Source of the DNA: Candidatus Moanibacter sp.
GTDB lineage: Bacteria; Verrucomicrobiota; Verrucomicrobiia; Opitutales; UBA2987
Assembly (NCBI GenBank): GCA_965215885.1
Contig: CBDCEW010000080.1
Coordinates: 1-64,000 of the forward strand
Reading direction: 5' to 3'
Length of the DNA: 64,000 bases
Below the pieces are notes generated by a model that had not been told where the DNA came from, ran no database searches, and saw nothing but the letters and a program-made list of their open reading frames with translations. Both the position numbers and the translations under genes were made by a program. Below are positions 31,032-42,302 of the stretch, piece after piece. Within the stretch, counting starts at the first letter, position 1. Each line of letters starts with the position of its first letter.

Positions 31032-31357
31032 GGAGTCGATCCAGCTGAGCGGGACCTCTCTGCTGTAGGGCAGAGCCTGAAACGCGAAGAAGAGCTTTCC
31101 CAAGAGCGCGAATGCATTTTAGCCCACTAATAGCGCTTTTGGGAAAGCCCTTCTTTGCGTTTCTTCACTCGCATAAGCGAGTTGGTCCCGCTCAGCTGAG
31201 CGGGACCTCTCTGCTGTAGGGCAGAGCCTGAAACGCGAAGAAGAGCTTTCCCAAGAGCGCGAATGCATTTTAGCCCACTAATAGCGCTTTTGGGAAAGCC
31301 CTTCTTTGCGTTTCTTCACTCGCATAAGCGAGTTGGTCCCGCTCAGCTGGATCGACT
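31032..31357. repeat. Four-way-junction element, tandem dimer (151-bp period)
   Basis: Two units joined through the perfect palindrome GGTCCCGCTCAGCTGAGCGGGACC (31184-31207). Confidence 0.9.
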
Positions 31358-31621
31358 GGCTATTCTCCATTCTGCGACTGCCAGAGCTAAGTCCTCTCTC
31401 TATCCGTGCCATCCGTGAAATCCGCGGTCAAGCTGATCCCGATCGACCTCACGTCGAAAGATACTTCCTGGTCCTGGCGCGGCGGGAGGATTCGGCTTCT
31501 CTTCTTCGTTTCTCTCCGTTTCCTTCTATTCAATTCTCTTCCCTATTCGTTGCCCTTCATTCATTCGTTGCTAACTCATTCCTTTGGTTGCGGTAACGCT
31601 GCGCTAGGATACGACAGATTG

Positions 31622-32365
31622 CTAACCCGGCGCCCGGAGGATCCGGTAATCGCGGTCCTTTCCCTGAGCGACGGTGGCTTCGTTGTAGGAGAGGATGAAA
31701 GCGCGGCGGTGATTGTCGCTGTGGTTGCCGAGGGAGGAGTGAAAGACCTTATTGCTGAAAAGGACGACGCTGCCGGCGGGAATCTCACAGTATACCGTAT
31801 TGGGCAGATCCACCTCGCCCGGTAGGAAACTCAGGCGGCAAGCCCCGTGGTCGCGCGAAGAGCGAGGTTCATGGTCAAGGATGCCCTGCTGATGGGTGGC
31901 GGGCGCTACACGAAGACAGCCATTGCGCCTATCCGTGTCCAGGAGGGGGACCCACAGGGACATACGGCACCGGCTGAGCCCGGTCTTGTACCAGTAGGCT
32001 TCGTCCTGATGCCAATGGCATACATTGTTTGGCTCATTGGGGCCTTTGGAGATGAGTTTGGCCGAGAACAGGGCGATCCCGGGGTGGACCAGATCCTCAA
32101 TCAAAGCGAGAATGCGGGGATCGGAAGCAAAGTTTTGCGAGCGCTCGGAATCGGCGCCGAGACTGTGGATATTATTGCGCTTCTCTTCAGTTTGAGCGAT
32201 CTCGGGGTCCTTCAGTCGTTCCTGGAAGCGCTCCTCCAGTTCCGCATTGAGTTCATCGAGTTCCTCCCTGAGGAAAACGTGGTCGACGATCAAGTAGCCG
32301 TTTTCATGAAAGAAGGCCAGTTGCTCGCCGGAGAGCTTGCGGGCTTTGGGTTTGGACTTTTGCAT
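31622..32365 (-). CDS. PhyH family Fe/2OG dioxygenase
   Basis: WHQD, WVPL, FHSS..N...RRAF; AAGGAG before MQKSK. Confidence 0.92.
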   Translation of the reverse strand: MQKSKPKARKLSGEQLAFFHENGYLIVDHVFLREELDELNAELEERFQERLKDPEIAQTEEKRNNIHSLGADSERSQNFASDPRILALIEDLVHPGIALFSAKLISKGPNEPNNVCHWHQDEAYWYKTGLSRCRMSLWVPLLDTDRRNGCLRVAPATHQQGILDHEPRSSRDHGACRLSFLPGEVDLPNTVYCEIPAGSVVLFSNKVFHSSLGNHSDNHRRAFILSYNEATVAQGKDRDYRILRAPG

Positions 32366-33116
32366 CTCCTTGGAATTTAGATCACGATGGAAAGTTCGAA
32401 CAGACCTTTCTCTCATCCTGGCTCTCAATCGTGATCTTCCGTTTTCCTATTTATTGCGTGATTAAGATCCACTCGATTGTCGTCGTCGTAATCGTAGTCA
32501 ATTGTCGGTAAGGCTCAAGTTTTGAGCCTTCGATTATGACGACGATTACGGAAAAAAGAGATTGAAAATCCATCAGCTTCCCGTCTCCCATTCTCCTCCT
32601 CTCCGCGTCTCCCATCGTGGCTCTCAATCGTGATCCGCAGTCGACCACCCCATGCTCCATTAACAATTCACAGATTCTACAGCTAGAAAAGGGAGAGATT
32701 TCTCACGCATAGATCCCGGCAAGCCGGGACAAAGGGGCAAAGAGAGGAGAGGAAGTCAGAATCATTTTGCACGATAATATAGGAGCGTTTTGGCAACGGA
32801 TGAATGGAAGACGTAGATCCCCTTCAGCGGGATGAGAACGTGGAGGTATTTCAGCGGAATCTTTAACGGTAACTTACGTGGTTGTCTGGTTCAGGGTTAA
32901 ATTCGGCAGTTGTCGGGAGCAGCTAACCGTGTATCGACAAAGCTGACGACGAAGACGAAGTTTAACCAGAAACCAGACACCCGAAACCTCGTGTCAACTT
33001 TTCATGCGGACTCCACATCTTCATTTCTCTCTAACTGTGAACCGTGAACCTCTGAACCCCTGAACCCTTGAACCTCTGAACCTTGATCCCCGGGTGTCTC
33101 AGTAGCTTTTCGGGTT

Positions 33117-33962
33117 TCACTTCCCGGACCGCTTGGGCGGAGTGGCCGAGACGCCCGTCAGGCCACCGCTGACGGTGAGCACCTCGCCGGTGATCCAGGA
33201 GGCGGCCGGACTGCAGAGAAAGGCGACGCTCCGTGCGATGTCGCCGGGCTCGCCCCAGCGGCCAAGGGGGATGGCGCCACGTACGCGTTCGATCATCTCC
33301 TCCTCGTCGATGTTGAGACTCTGGCTGCGCTGTGCCATGTTGCGCCGATTGAACTCGGTGTAGACCGGGCCCGGGCACACGGCATTGACGCGCACGCCAT
33401 AGGCAGCCAGTTCCAGGGCGAGGGTGCGGGTCAGACTGATGATGCCGGCCTTGGCTACGTTGTAGGCGGCGACGAGGGCGACCGGGCTCTGGCCGTTGAT
33501 CGAGGAGATATTGACAATGCACCCCGACTCCTGCTCCTCCATGATGCGGCCGGCGACACGGCAACAGTAAAAAGCGCCGGTCAGGGTGGCGTCGAGGACC
33601 CGCGCCCACTCCTGGTCGCTCAGTTCGACGATGGGGGTTACATTTTGGCCGACACCGGCGTTGTTGACCAGGATGTCCAGGCGTTTGTGGGCGCCGATCA
33701 ACTCTTCGAAGCGGGCGTTCACAGCGGCGCTGTCAGTGACGTCCAGGCGGGCGGCCTGAACCTTCAGGTCTTGTTCTTGAAGCAGTTGGGCTTCCGCCTG
33801 CGCCTTTTCCAGTTGCAGATCGGCTATAGTCACCTCGGCGCCGTTGCGCGCCAGTTGTTCGACCATGGCCAACCCCAGGCCCTGGGCGGCGCCGGTCACC
33901 ACCGCGACGGCCCCATCGAGTCTGTGGTCAGAGGTTCGCTCCGCGCTCATGCGAGTATCCAC
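33117..33962 (-). CDS. SDR family NAD(P)-dependent oxidoreductase
   Basis: [17 protein letters not shown] catalytic motif. Confidence 0.95.
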   Translation of the reverse strand: MDTRMSAERTSDHRLDGAVAVVTGAAQGLGLAMVEQLARNGAEVTIADLQLEKAQAEAQLLQEQDLKVQAARLDVTDSAAVNARFEELIGAHKRLDILVNNAGVGQNVTPIVELSDQEWARVLDATLTGAFYCCRVAGRIMEEQESGCIVNISSINGQSPVALVAAYNVAKAGIISLTRTLALELAAYGVRVNAVCPGPVYTEFNRRNMAQRSQSLNIDEEEMIERVRGAIPLGRWGEPGDIARSVAFLCSPAASWITGEVLTVSGGLTGVSATPPKRSGK

Positions 33963-34043
33963 TATGGTTTGCTCGGACGTGATGGGTCAACAGATTTTGG
34001 TTCAAAGGGAGAAGCGGAGCCGGTATTGCTGTGAGGTGACGGG

Positions 34044-34316
34044 TTATGCTCTCTTATTAATCTCAGCCTCCAATTTCTCTGTGAGAAAGACCTTCATGAG
34101 TGATTGATAGGGAACATCCCTTTTGTTAGCGAGGGTCTTGTATCGCTCAATTAAGGATTCCGGAAGGCGAATCGAAATGGAGCGAAGAGAGGGCTTGAGG
34201 TTGGGAAACTTCGCCCTTCTCGATTGCGCCCAATCGATATAATCGGTGGTATCTTCTTCTGCCCAAAACTTCCGTTCTTCTTCTTCGGATTTAAACTTCG
34301 GAATTTGCTCTTTCAT
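34044..34316 (-). CDS. BrnA/CopG family antitoxin
   Basis: IPKFKSEEEERKFW...ISIRLP...KRDVPYQSLMK. Confidence 0.88.
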   Translation of the reverse strand: MKEQIPKFKSEEEERKFWAEEDTTDYIDWAQSRRAKFPNLKPSLRSISIRLPESLIERYKTLANKRDVPYQSLMKVFLTEKLEAEINKRA

Positions 34317-34471
34317 ACTCGCGTCTCTCCTTCCTGCTCATGTCTCGGGCCGATTTGACTCTGACCATATTTTTCCGAACCGTGAATACCACTTGGAGCC
34401 GTCTCTCATGATCCGTCGTTCCGAGTAAATACCATCGCGATTCTTCGGTCGAGTGCTTGAGATCTTCATAG
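34291..34471 (-). pseudogene. BrnT family toxin, 5'-truncated
   Basis: Manual translation YEDLKHSTEESRWYLLGTT...LQVVFTVR..VRVKSARDMSRKERREY. The N-terminal part is replaced by the end of the sulfatase gene. Confidence 0.8.
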
Positions 34472-34472
34472 A

Positions 34473-35927
34473 TTAATACCGCCCAATCCGCCGTGGCCCT
34501 AGGTCAACCGAAAAGGCCAGCGAATCAAATGCTTTTCGAATGAGGCGTTCGCGGATCGAGAGGTGCTCTTCGCTCTCCCAGAGGTTGTTATGCTCCCAGG
34601 GATCACTCTCGAGATCATAGAGTTCTCCGCAGGCATGCCCATGGTAAACGGCGCATTTGTATCTGCGCTCACGGATCATGGTTCCATAGCTGCCGGCAAA
34701 TTCGATATCGTAGCCGATCAGGTCGATGGTATTGTAGTATTCACTCCGTACAAAGTCACGATGGTGATCGGGCGATTTCTCACCTTCGAGAAGCGGCAAG
34801 AGGGAGCGGCCTTCCATGCGTTCAGGCAATGGGATACCGGCCAGTTCCAGAATCGTCGGCGCCACATCAACGAGTTCAACCAGAGCATTGCTTTGCAGAC
34901 CGGTTTCAAAACGCCCTGGCAAACTCATGATCAGAGGCACGCGCACCATCCCTTCGTAGAAGCGGCAGCCGGAACCGGTCAGTCCGTGGTCACCCGATAT
35001 CTCACCGTGATCACTCATGAAAATTACCAACGTATTCTCGCGCTGACCGGTTTCTTCGAGGAGCTTCAACAACCGGCCCACATTATGATCAATCAATTCG
35101 ATCATGGCGTAATATGCCGCGTTCCTCTCTTTAATCTCCAGCTCGTCGATCTCTCGTGCCTTGTCTGAGAAATCGATTGCGCTCAAACGTTCTTCATTCT
35201 CTAGGTCGCTCTCTCTGAAATGCGGTCCCGGCATAGCGTTGACCTCGTATCGCTCTTTATACTCGGGCGGCGGATCGAGAGGACCATGTGGATCCAACAC
35301 ATTGACGCTCATCAGCCAGGGCCGGTCGCGATTTTCGGTGATGAACCCGATGGCCTCATCCGTGCACCAGGTGGTTTGGTGGATCTCGGGCTTGATTGAA
35401 GTTTTATAGCCCGCGAATTCGGTGTCCGCGCCGGGCGGTTTCCGCTCGAAGACCGATGCGGGGTCGATCCCCTGGTCGAGCAGCCACTGCATATAGTGGT
35501 TCCCCTGGTCGAGCCGGGCAAACGGGGAGTGGCTATAGCGGAAGAAGCTGTAGCCGTCCTCGACCCGCTTTTCCGGACCCAGCCACGGTGAGGCGATGTG
35601 CAGCTTGCCGGACAGACCGCAGACATAGTCATGATCCGCCAGTAGCCTGGGAATCAGCGGCGCAGCATCGGAAAACGTCTCGTTGCCGTTGGTGCACGCC
35701 CGTATGCTGCTTGGATACATTCCCGTGAGAAAGCTCGACCGGCTGGGCGTGCAAACCGCGTTCTGGCAATAGGCATGCGTAAAGGCCACACCTTCCCCGC
35801 ACAGCCGGTCCAGGTTCGGCGTGTGGATATGTGGGTTGTTCAGACAATGAATCGTGTCGAACCGCTGCATATCGGAGGTGAACCATAGGATGTTAGGGGG
35901 TGTTTTCGGCATCTTTCCTTTCGTCAT
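34473..35927 (-). CDS. Sulfatase (S1), paralog of 12555-14000
   Basis: CTPSR, GKLH, SDHG; shares the C-terminus RIGRY. Confidence 0.95.
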   Translation of the reverse strand: MTKGKMPKTPPNILWFTSDMQRFDTIHCLNNPHIHTPNLDRLCGEGVAFTHAYCQNAVCTPSRSSFLTGMYPSSIRACTNGNETFSDAAPLIPRLLADHDYVCGLSGKLHIASPWLGPEKRVEDGYSFFRYSHSPFARLDQGNHYMQWLLDQGIDPASVFERKPPGADTEFAGYKTSIKPEIHQTTWCTDEAIGFITENRDRPWLMSVNVLDPHGPLDPPPEYKERYEVNAMPGPHFRESDLENEERLSAIDFSDKAREIDELEIKERNAAYYAMIELIDHNVGRLLKLLEETGQRENTLVIFMSDHGEISGDHGLTGSGCRFYEGMVRVPLIMSLPGRFETGLQSNALVELVDVAPTILELAGIPLPERMEGRSLLPLLEGEKSPDHHRDFVRSEYYNTIDLIGYDIEFAGSYGTMIRERRYKCAVYHGHACGELYDLESDPWEHNNLWESEEHLSIRERLIRKAFDSLAFSVDLGPRRIGRY

Positions 35928-36405
35928 GTTTTAAAGGTAGCTCGTCTGGTTGTATTGTTCAAGGGTTCACCGACAGACGGAGGTGTTTGAACTTCCTTCC
36001 ATTCTTTTCGTAAGCTTCGTCGTAAGCTTGATCGACAGACAGACCAAAAAAGATGAGAAAGCTCGCGACAAAGTTTACGACGAAGCTTGCGACAAAGATT
36101 CCCTCACGGGGTGAAATGCTCCCAAACTTAATCGCAAGCTTCGTCGTCAACTTCATCGAGGAATCGATCATGTCGTTTCAGCTCGGTGCGCCCAGGGGCC
36201 ATTCACGTTCAAGGTTTGACTGAGCATCCTGAAAACACATTTCTAGATAGAGGCATCTCCACGTCACTTACTTCACCTACCACTGCAAACGGCCTCCAAC
36301 CTTGGACTCTCTTGATTGACCTCACCGGCAAATTAGCCCTCCTGTCATCGAAGCCGGCTGGATCGATCAAGGCAGCGACCCTATTGATTTTTAAAATAGT
36401 GAGCT

Positions 36406-37545
36406 ATGAAATATAAAGCAGCAGTAATCGGTCTCGGCCGCATGGGAAGTACCTTCGACGACGAAATGTGGCCGGGAACCACACTTCTCAGCCCCTATTG
36501 CCACGGCCCAACCTATCACGCCCATCCTGCCGTCGACCTGGTCGCGGGCACAGATCCCCACGACGAGCAGCGTGCCATCTTTGGCCGGCGCTGGGGCATT
36601 TCTCCAGACCACCTCTACGCCGATTACAGGGAAATGCTGGCAAAGGAAGAACCCGATATCGTAAGTGTCTGTACTTCGGCCCGTTTACGTCCCCTCATTG
36701 TCCAGGACGTTGCCAGAGCCGGCGTGAAAATCATCTGGGCGGAGAAGCCTATTTCGATAAGCCTCGCCGAAGGCGACAGTATCGTCCGCGTTTGCCGGGA
36801 AGAGGGTACTACCCTGGCTATCAACTGTGCCCGCCGGTGGTGGATCGGCTTCAGCGGGGTGCGCGATATCATCGACTCGGGTAAAATGGGCAAGGTCCTG
36901 CAAGTTACCGCGCACTTTCCCTGTGATTTGTCGCAAAACGGAAGCCACCTGATCGACGCCATCCGATTTTTGGCCGGCGGCGGCAACGTAGAATGGGTCT
37001 TCGGCGAAATCGAATCAGACGAATCGGCCGCTGGTGAACTCGATGTCTCGGGCAACGGGTATTTCGCCTTTGATAACGGAATTCGCGCCTTCATTAGAAC
37101 CATGCCTTGCGGCGACTCAGTTGGAAATATCTTTGAAGTAATCGGCGAACGGGGCCGAATTCACTGCGAAGAGCGGCCAGCTCACTTCGAATTCATTCGC
37201 TTTCAGAGCTTGACGGCAGTTGAAGACGGTCATCCCGCACCCCTGCCCAGAAGAGTACAACCAGCTGTAGCGCGCTATCAGATTCCCCTGCCTCCGAAGG
37301 TAGACGGGCTTGGAATCACTGCCCTCAATGATATCATCGCAGCCCACGAAGAGGGACGCCCACCCCGCGTCTCAGGAGAGGACGGCCTCCAGGCTCTGGA
37401 AATCGCCATCGCCATGCGGGAGTCCCACCGCCGGGGAGGCGTCAAAGTGACCCTGCCTCTCGAAGATCGGTCCCAAGGATTGGTGGCCAACGAATCGACT
37501 CGGGATGATATTCCAGCACGCGTTCGGCGGGCCATGCCTCGCTGA
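36406..37545 (+). CDS. Gfo/Idh/MocA family oxidoreductase
   Basis: AVIGLGRMGSTFDDE, AEKP, GSHLID. Confidence 0.92.
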   Translation: MKYKAAVIGLGRMGSTFDDEMWPGTTLLSPYCHGPTYHAHPAVDLVAGTDPHDEQRAIFGRRWGISPDHLYADYREMLAKEEPDIVSVCTSARLRPLIVQDVARAGVKIIWAEKPISISLAEGDSIVRVCREEGTTLAINCARRWWIGFSGVRDIIDSGKMGKVLQVTAHFPCDLSQNGSHLIDAIRFLAGGGNVEWVFGEIESDESAAGELDVSGNGYFAFDNGIRAFIRTMPCGDSVGNIFEVIGERGRIHCEERPAHFEFIRFQSLTAVEDGHPAPLPRRVQPAVARYQIPLPPKVDGLGITALNDIIAAHEEGRPPRVSGEDGLQALEIAIAMRESHRRGGVKVTLPLEDRSQGLVANESTRDDIPARVRRAMPR

Positions 37546-37847
37546 CGCTGGTTTCAGTTGATACATTGCACAGCTGCGAACTCGCCCTGCCCCCTGAGAG
37601 ACGCTCATGCCCTTGAGCGTCTCTCAGGGGGCGGGGGATGGGAAGTATACCTCATCATCTAGCGTAAAATCCTAACAATCCCCGGCGCGAGACCGGGGGA
37701 TTTCCAATCTCGCTAAAGGCTTGCCCCACTCTGCCGCTCGGCAGAGTGGCTAGGAAGATGTCGGTTGACGAACGCCCCGAAACTCGCGAACGCACCAAGA
37801 ACGCTGATGAATCCCGCGAAGCTACGAAACTAAGTCCGACAGCTTCC

Positions 37848-40151
37848 TTAGAAGGTATAATCGACGGTCAAACCGTAGGCTCGGCTTTCACCCGGGGTCA
37901 TGAGGAAGCGAGCAACGGACGTCACGATGTATTCTTCGTCGTTCAGATTGTTGATCATGAGGTTAACCCGCCAGGGACCGCGCCGGTAACCAGCTATGAG
38001 CTTCCATAAATCATAACCGGGAACACGATAGGAGTCCGAAAAGTCGCCGGGCCGGTTATCAGTAATGTGTTTCAGGCCCAGGCCGGCGTAAAACCCTTGC
38101 AGGGGACCTCCCTGGAAGGTGTACTTCCCAAAGACAGAGTATTGGAATCCGGTTGGCACTCCCCGCTGTTTCTTGATTTCGCCCGTGTTCGCGTCCACTC
38201 TCCCGCTGTCGATATCCGTCAACCCGATCATGAAAGTCAAACCATTAATGGGCTCGATAACGAGATCGGCTTCCCAGCCATCCGTCACGGCCGTCCCCTC
38301 CTGGGTCGTGAGACTGATGAAGCCCTCCGTAGGGTGCAGGAAGTCCCTGCCTACCCTTTGATTCGTAAAGTCGATATTGAAATATGACCAGGTCATGGTG
38401 ATGCGGTTATCCCAGAGGAACAATTTCAATCCTACTTCATCCTGTATGCCCCACTGGTTATCAAACGGATCACCCAACTGATTTGTTCCGGACTGCGGAA
38501 TGAATGTCTCCGAATGGTTGAAAAAGATGGAAACTCCCTCCCAAGGCTTACCCACAAAGCCGAATTTTGTTGTCAGGGCATCGTTGGATTCAGATCCCGA
38601 CGTTGTTCCGTCGCCAAAATTGCTGGTGCCTGTTCCGTAGTCGTAACGCAAGCCGGCCACAGCCAGAACGCGGTCTTCAAAGAAGCTTATACTGTCCTGG
38701 ATCGCCCAGGCGAAGTTTTCAATGATTTGCTTACGCGGCTGGGTAGCATTGTCGTTTCTATAATTGGAAAGGACCTCAGCGGGATTTCGCGGTTGAATAG
38801 TAAAGACGCTCTGCTTCTCCGCATCCCAATTATGTCGGCGATTCAATGTGTGATGGCGAAGCGTTTCCCAATTAAGATAGGTGAAGACACGGTGCTTAGA
38901 GGGGCCGAGGGTGAATTCAGTATTCAGATCAACAGCCAGCACCCCCTGGTCGTAATTTTCCTGCCGGGTCCTGGAGATCGCGTTAGGGTAGACGATGATA
39001 TCCACATCCTCGCCGGCCGCCTTCAATTGATTATACTTGGCGAACGTTGCAGTGGTATGGAATAGCTCCTCCTCGCCTGCCTCATTGAGGAGGACATTCC
39101 CCTGCGAATCCGCCAGGGCATGATTAACAGTCAAGTAGATGCGGAATTGATGAGCATGGTCGCGGAAACGACCAACAATCCGGCCATGCCAGCGAGTGCC
39201 GAACATGTCGAAGGAATGCTTGAAATTGAGCTCGAAATCGTGCAGTTCCGACTGCCGACCGACTTCGGGATCAGCCAGGTTGGACATGGGAACATCATTC
39301 GGGATGACTCCAAAGGGCAAAACCTTGTCCGCATCGTGGAACCAGATGCCGCGCGCTTCGGCGAAATGGTAATCCTGGAAATGGTAGCGAAAAGTAAGAC
39401 TGGTATTGTTCTCCTCATCGATCAAATAAGTAAACATGGGAGTAAGCGTGAACTCATAATCCTTGCCGCCATGGCGTGAATGGCCATCCTTGTAACCGCT
39501 AACAATTCGAGTAAGGAGCTTGTTATCGCTTCCCCATACTCGATTGGTATCGATGTAGCCGCCATACGTGTCATAGCTGCTGGATCTGAATCCGATCGAA
39601 GTTTTGTTCTCATTATGCGGGGCCTTCCACACCTGATTGATGAGACCGCCAATAACATGCGTTCCGAAGAGGACTCCCGCCGGCCCCTTGATTATTTCGA
39701 GCCGCTCGAGTACGAGGGGGTCTACATGGAAGGATGCGGGTCCTCCCGCCTCAATCCCGTCCCGAAAGGTCATGGTAGCGCTCGAGCTGAGGGCCTGACC
39801 CCTCATGATCATCTGATTGACGCCGGGAGTGGAAGTCTTGTGGATACCACTGAACCATTCAGCAACCTCATTGAAATTGATCGGTGAAAGGTCATCGATG
39901 AATTCTTTGTTTGCTATCAGGACTGATACTGCAACCTTGTCCAGGGAGGTATTGATTCGCGTTGCCCCCAGCGTATAAAGCGAAGCCCAGCCACGGTCTT
40001 CGTCCTCTGTCACCTCAAACGGGGTGAGAACGACAATTTCCTGTTCATCCTCAACTTCATCAGTCTGGGCGACCAGAAAAGCGGGTAGAATAAGTCCCAA
40101 GATTAGTCCCAATCTCAGGGTAATGTAATGTTGTTTATTTTGATTTTTCAT
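37848..40151 (-). CDS. TonB-dependent receptor
   Basis: Signal peptide, VVLTPFEV segment, plug motif ERLEIIKGPAGVLFG, C-terminal NNLNDEEY...VDYTF. Confidence 0.93.
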   Translation of the reverse strand: MKNQNKQHYITLRLGLILGLILPAFLVAQTDEVEDEQEIVVLTPFEVTEDEDRGWASLYTLGATRINTSLDKVAVSVLIANKEFIDDLSPINFNEVAEWFSGIHKTSTPGVNQMIMRGQALSSSATMTFRDGIEAGGPASFHVDPLVLERLEIIKGPAGVLFGTHVIGGLINQVWKAPHNENKTSIGFRSSSYDTYGGYIDTNRVWGSDNKLLTRIVSGYKDGHSRHGGKDYEFTLTPMFTYLIDEENNTSLTFRYHFQDYHFAEARGIWFHDADKVLPFGVIPNDVPMSNLADPEVGRQSELHDFELNFKHSFDMFGTRWHGRIVGRFRDHAHQFRIYLTVNHALADSQGNVLLNEAGEEELFHTTATFAKYNQLKAAGEDVDIIVYPNAISRTRQENYDQGVLAVDLNTEFTLGPSKHRVFTYLNWETLRHHTLNRRHNWDAEKQSVFTIQPRNPAEVLSNYRNDNATQPRKQIIENFAWAIQDSISFFEDRVLAVAGLRYDYGTGTSNFGDGTTSGSESNDALTTKFGFVGKPWEGVSIFFNHSETFIPQSGTNQLGDPFDNQWGIQDEVGLKLFLWDNRITMTWSYFNIDFTNQRVGRDFLHPTEGFISLTTQEGTAVTDGWEADLVIEPINGLTFMIGLTDIDSGRVDANTGEIKKQRGVPTGFQYSVFGKYTFQGGPLQGFYAGLGLKHITDNRPGDFSDSYRVPGYDLWKLIAGYRRGPWRVNLMINNLNDEEYIVTSVARFLMTPGESRAYGLTVDYTF

Positions 40152-40429
40152 AACTTTTCAGGTTTTTGGTTAGTGTGTGATAATTTGATGGTTATAGGGT
40201 TCAGGGTTAGTTAGACAATTCAATACAGGGCGTAAATCGCCAAAAGTTTGTATAGAGGCGGTGTTTTTATGCTGTCAAACCAATTCTTAGAAAAAATCGT
40301 CCGGTTCGATTGATAGGTTCTTCTGTTGCAAGGTGTCGAAATCCAGCATCAAAGCTGATCGAAATTGTGGATTGCTTCGTCGTTCCTCCTCGCAATGACA
40401 GAATCGGCCGCGCATTCTCGAAAATTCCG

Positions 40430-40757
40430 CGGGAGAGAGGAAACCGTTTCGCTCTTCCTGTCGTGATCATAATCGTAATCTAAAATCGAAAAAGGAAAAG
40501 ATCGACGGGAGATCACGATTGAGAGTCACGATGGGAGAGGGAGAACCATTTCGATCTTTCCGTCGTGATCATAATCGTAATCTAATTTCGAAAAGAGAAG
40601 ATCGACTGGAGATCACGATTGAGAGTCACGATGGGAGAGGGGAATGGCAGAGAAAGGGAGACACGGGGAAACGGAGAAGGGGAACGGCTACAACTTCTTG
40701 TCGTGATCATAATCGTGATCTAAAATCGAAAAACGAGAAGAGCGACTGGAGAGCACG
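40430..40757. repeat. Second array of the 100-102-bp palindromic unit
   Basis: GAGATCACGATTGAGAGTCACGATGGGAGAGG at 40509 and 40609, plus partial units. Confidence 0.9.
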
Positions 40758-40814
40758 GCCCGGCATGAGCCCGCCGCGCCGGGATCTCGCTACGAAGTGT
40801 GTGAAATGTCCGGG

Positions 40815-42302
40815 CTACCTCGGCTTGCTTCTCGTGAAGGGCTTGCCTTCAATTCCCGAGGGAAGGCTCTGGAGGTTGGCGATGATACGCCGCAATAGCT
40901 TTTCCTTCATCATCCGCAACGTGTCCTGATGAGAGGGATCACCCGCCAGATTTCGCGTTTCGTCGGCGTCTTCGACCAGATCGAACAGGCATACGGGGGC
41001 TCCCGAAGCCATCAGATCGTCGGGGCAATCATCAGGGATGGTGCTCCGGATACTACCGAAGAGGAGCTTATACCGGCCGTCGAAGAGCATCTTATGTGGA
41101 CCCATTTCGGCAAAGCAGTCCTCCCGATGGCTCTGCTTCCGCCCTGACAATACCGGCTTTAGACTCCGACCTTGATCCAAATAGTGAGGTTCTACTCCCA
41201 AAAGATCAACCACCGTTCGGCCGACGTCGATTAATTCAGCGAGAGCGTCCGAAGTGTGGCCCACCGCGATACCGGGACCACATGCGATAAAAGGGACATG
41301 CACGCCGGGCTCGTGGAAATCACCCTTTCCCCAATGCCCATGATCACCCGCATACTCACCGTGATCCGAAGTGTAGAGTATCACAGTATGGTCGAGCAGA
41401 TCTCGCTCCTGGAGAGCTTCGATCACACTACCGATACCGCTGTCAACCTCGGTGATGCAAGCACAGTAAGCCCGCCACCACTCGGCTACTCTTCGCGTCG
41501 GGTCCGGGCCCAGCGCGATCGGCGGAGATACCTCCGCGTAGTGAGTCCGGTATCGCTCATGGGCATCGAATTGAGGATGGGGCCCGACAAAGCCCAAGTG
41601 GAGATAGAACGGGCGATCGAGCGATACTGAACGCAGGTATTCGACCGCCTTACCAGCGATGAATCCGTCCTGTGAGTACTCCTCACTCCAGGGCCACGCC
41701 CGGGAGGGCATTACCCTGCTGTATTGCGAGAGTTCCTTTTCTATCCACTCCCGATAAGCGGCAAACAGTCCAATCTCTTCCAGAAACTCCGTAAATCGGC
41801 ACCGAATGCGGTGGTGTCCCGCATTTATCTTCCCCGATGTCTCGGAGACATATTCGTATCCGAGACGGTGCAGATCCTCCTCGTGGGCGATAAAATCCGC
41901 AAAATCGTAGTTGGCATGATTGTGGAACTTCCCAACTAGCGCTGTCGCGACGCCGCTCTCTTGCAGATTGCGGACGAAGGAGGGTACGTCCGGACCGGAA
42001 ATGGGGTGGGCATTTCCATAGCATCCCGTGTTCATGGGGTACCTTCCCGTCGTCCACGTAACGCGCTGGGGAACACAGACCGGAGTGGTGGAGTAGATCC
42101 GAGACAGTCGAGTGCCTCGTGCCGCCAGGCGGTCGAGGTTTGGCGTGTGCATGAAGCCGGCTCCGGCGCATCCGAGATAGTCCCACCTGTGGTGGTCGGA
42201 TGAAATGAAGATAACATTCGGTCGGTCGTGTTTCATAGCATTCGGCATGCCTTCGGGTCCTTGTAGTTCCCTCATCGCGGCGGGCCACACTTGCCGCCTC
42301 AC
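40815..42302 (-). CDS. Sulfatase-like hydrolase (choline-sulfatase-like S1)
   Basis: CVPQR variant of CxPxR, GKFH, SDHG. The true start may be MPNAMK or MKHDRPN. Confidence 0.88.
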   Translation of the reverse strand: MRRQVWPAAMRELQGPEGMPNAMKHDRPNVIFISSDHHRWDYLGCAGAGFMHTPNLDRLAARGTRLSRIYSTTPVCVPQRVTWTTGRYPMNTGCYGNAHPISGPDVPSFVRNLQESGVATALVGKFHNHANYDFADFIAHEEDLHRLGYEYVSETSGKINAGHHRIRCRFTEFLEEIGLFAAYREWIEKELSQYSRVMPSRAWPWSEEYSQDGFIAGKAVEYLRSVSLDRPFYLHLGFVGPHPQFDAHERYRTHYAEVSPPIALGPDPTRRVAEWWRAYCACITEVDSGIGSVIEALQERDLLDHTVILYTSDHGEYAGDHGHWGKGDFHEPGVHVPFIACGPGIAVGHTSDALAELIDVGRTVVDLLGVEPHYLDQGRSLKPVLSGRKQSHREDCFAEMGPHKMLFDGRYKLLFGSIRSTIPDDCPDDLMASGAPVCLFDLVEDADETRNLAGDPSHQDTLRMMKEKLLRRIIANLQSLPSGIEGKPFTRSKPR

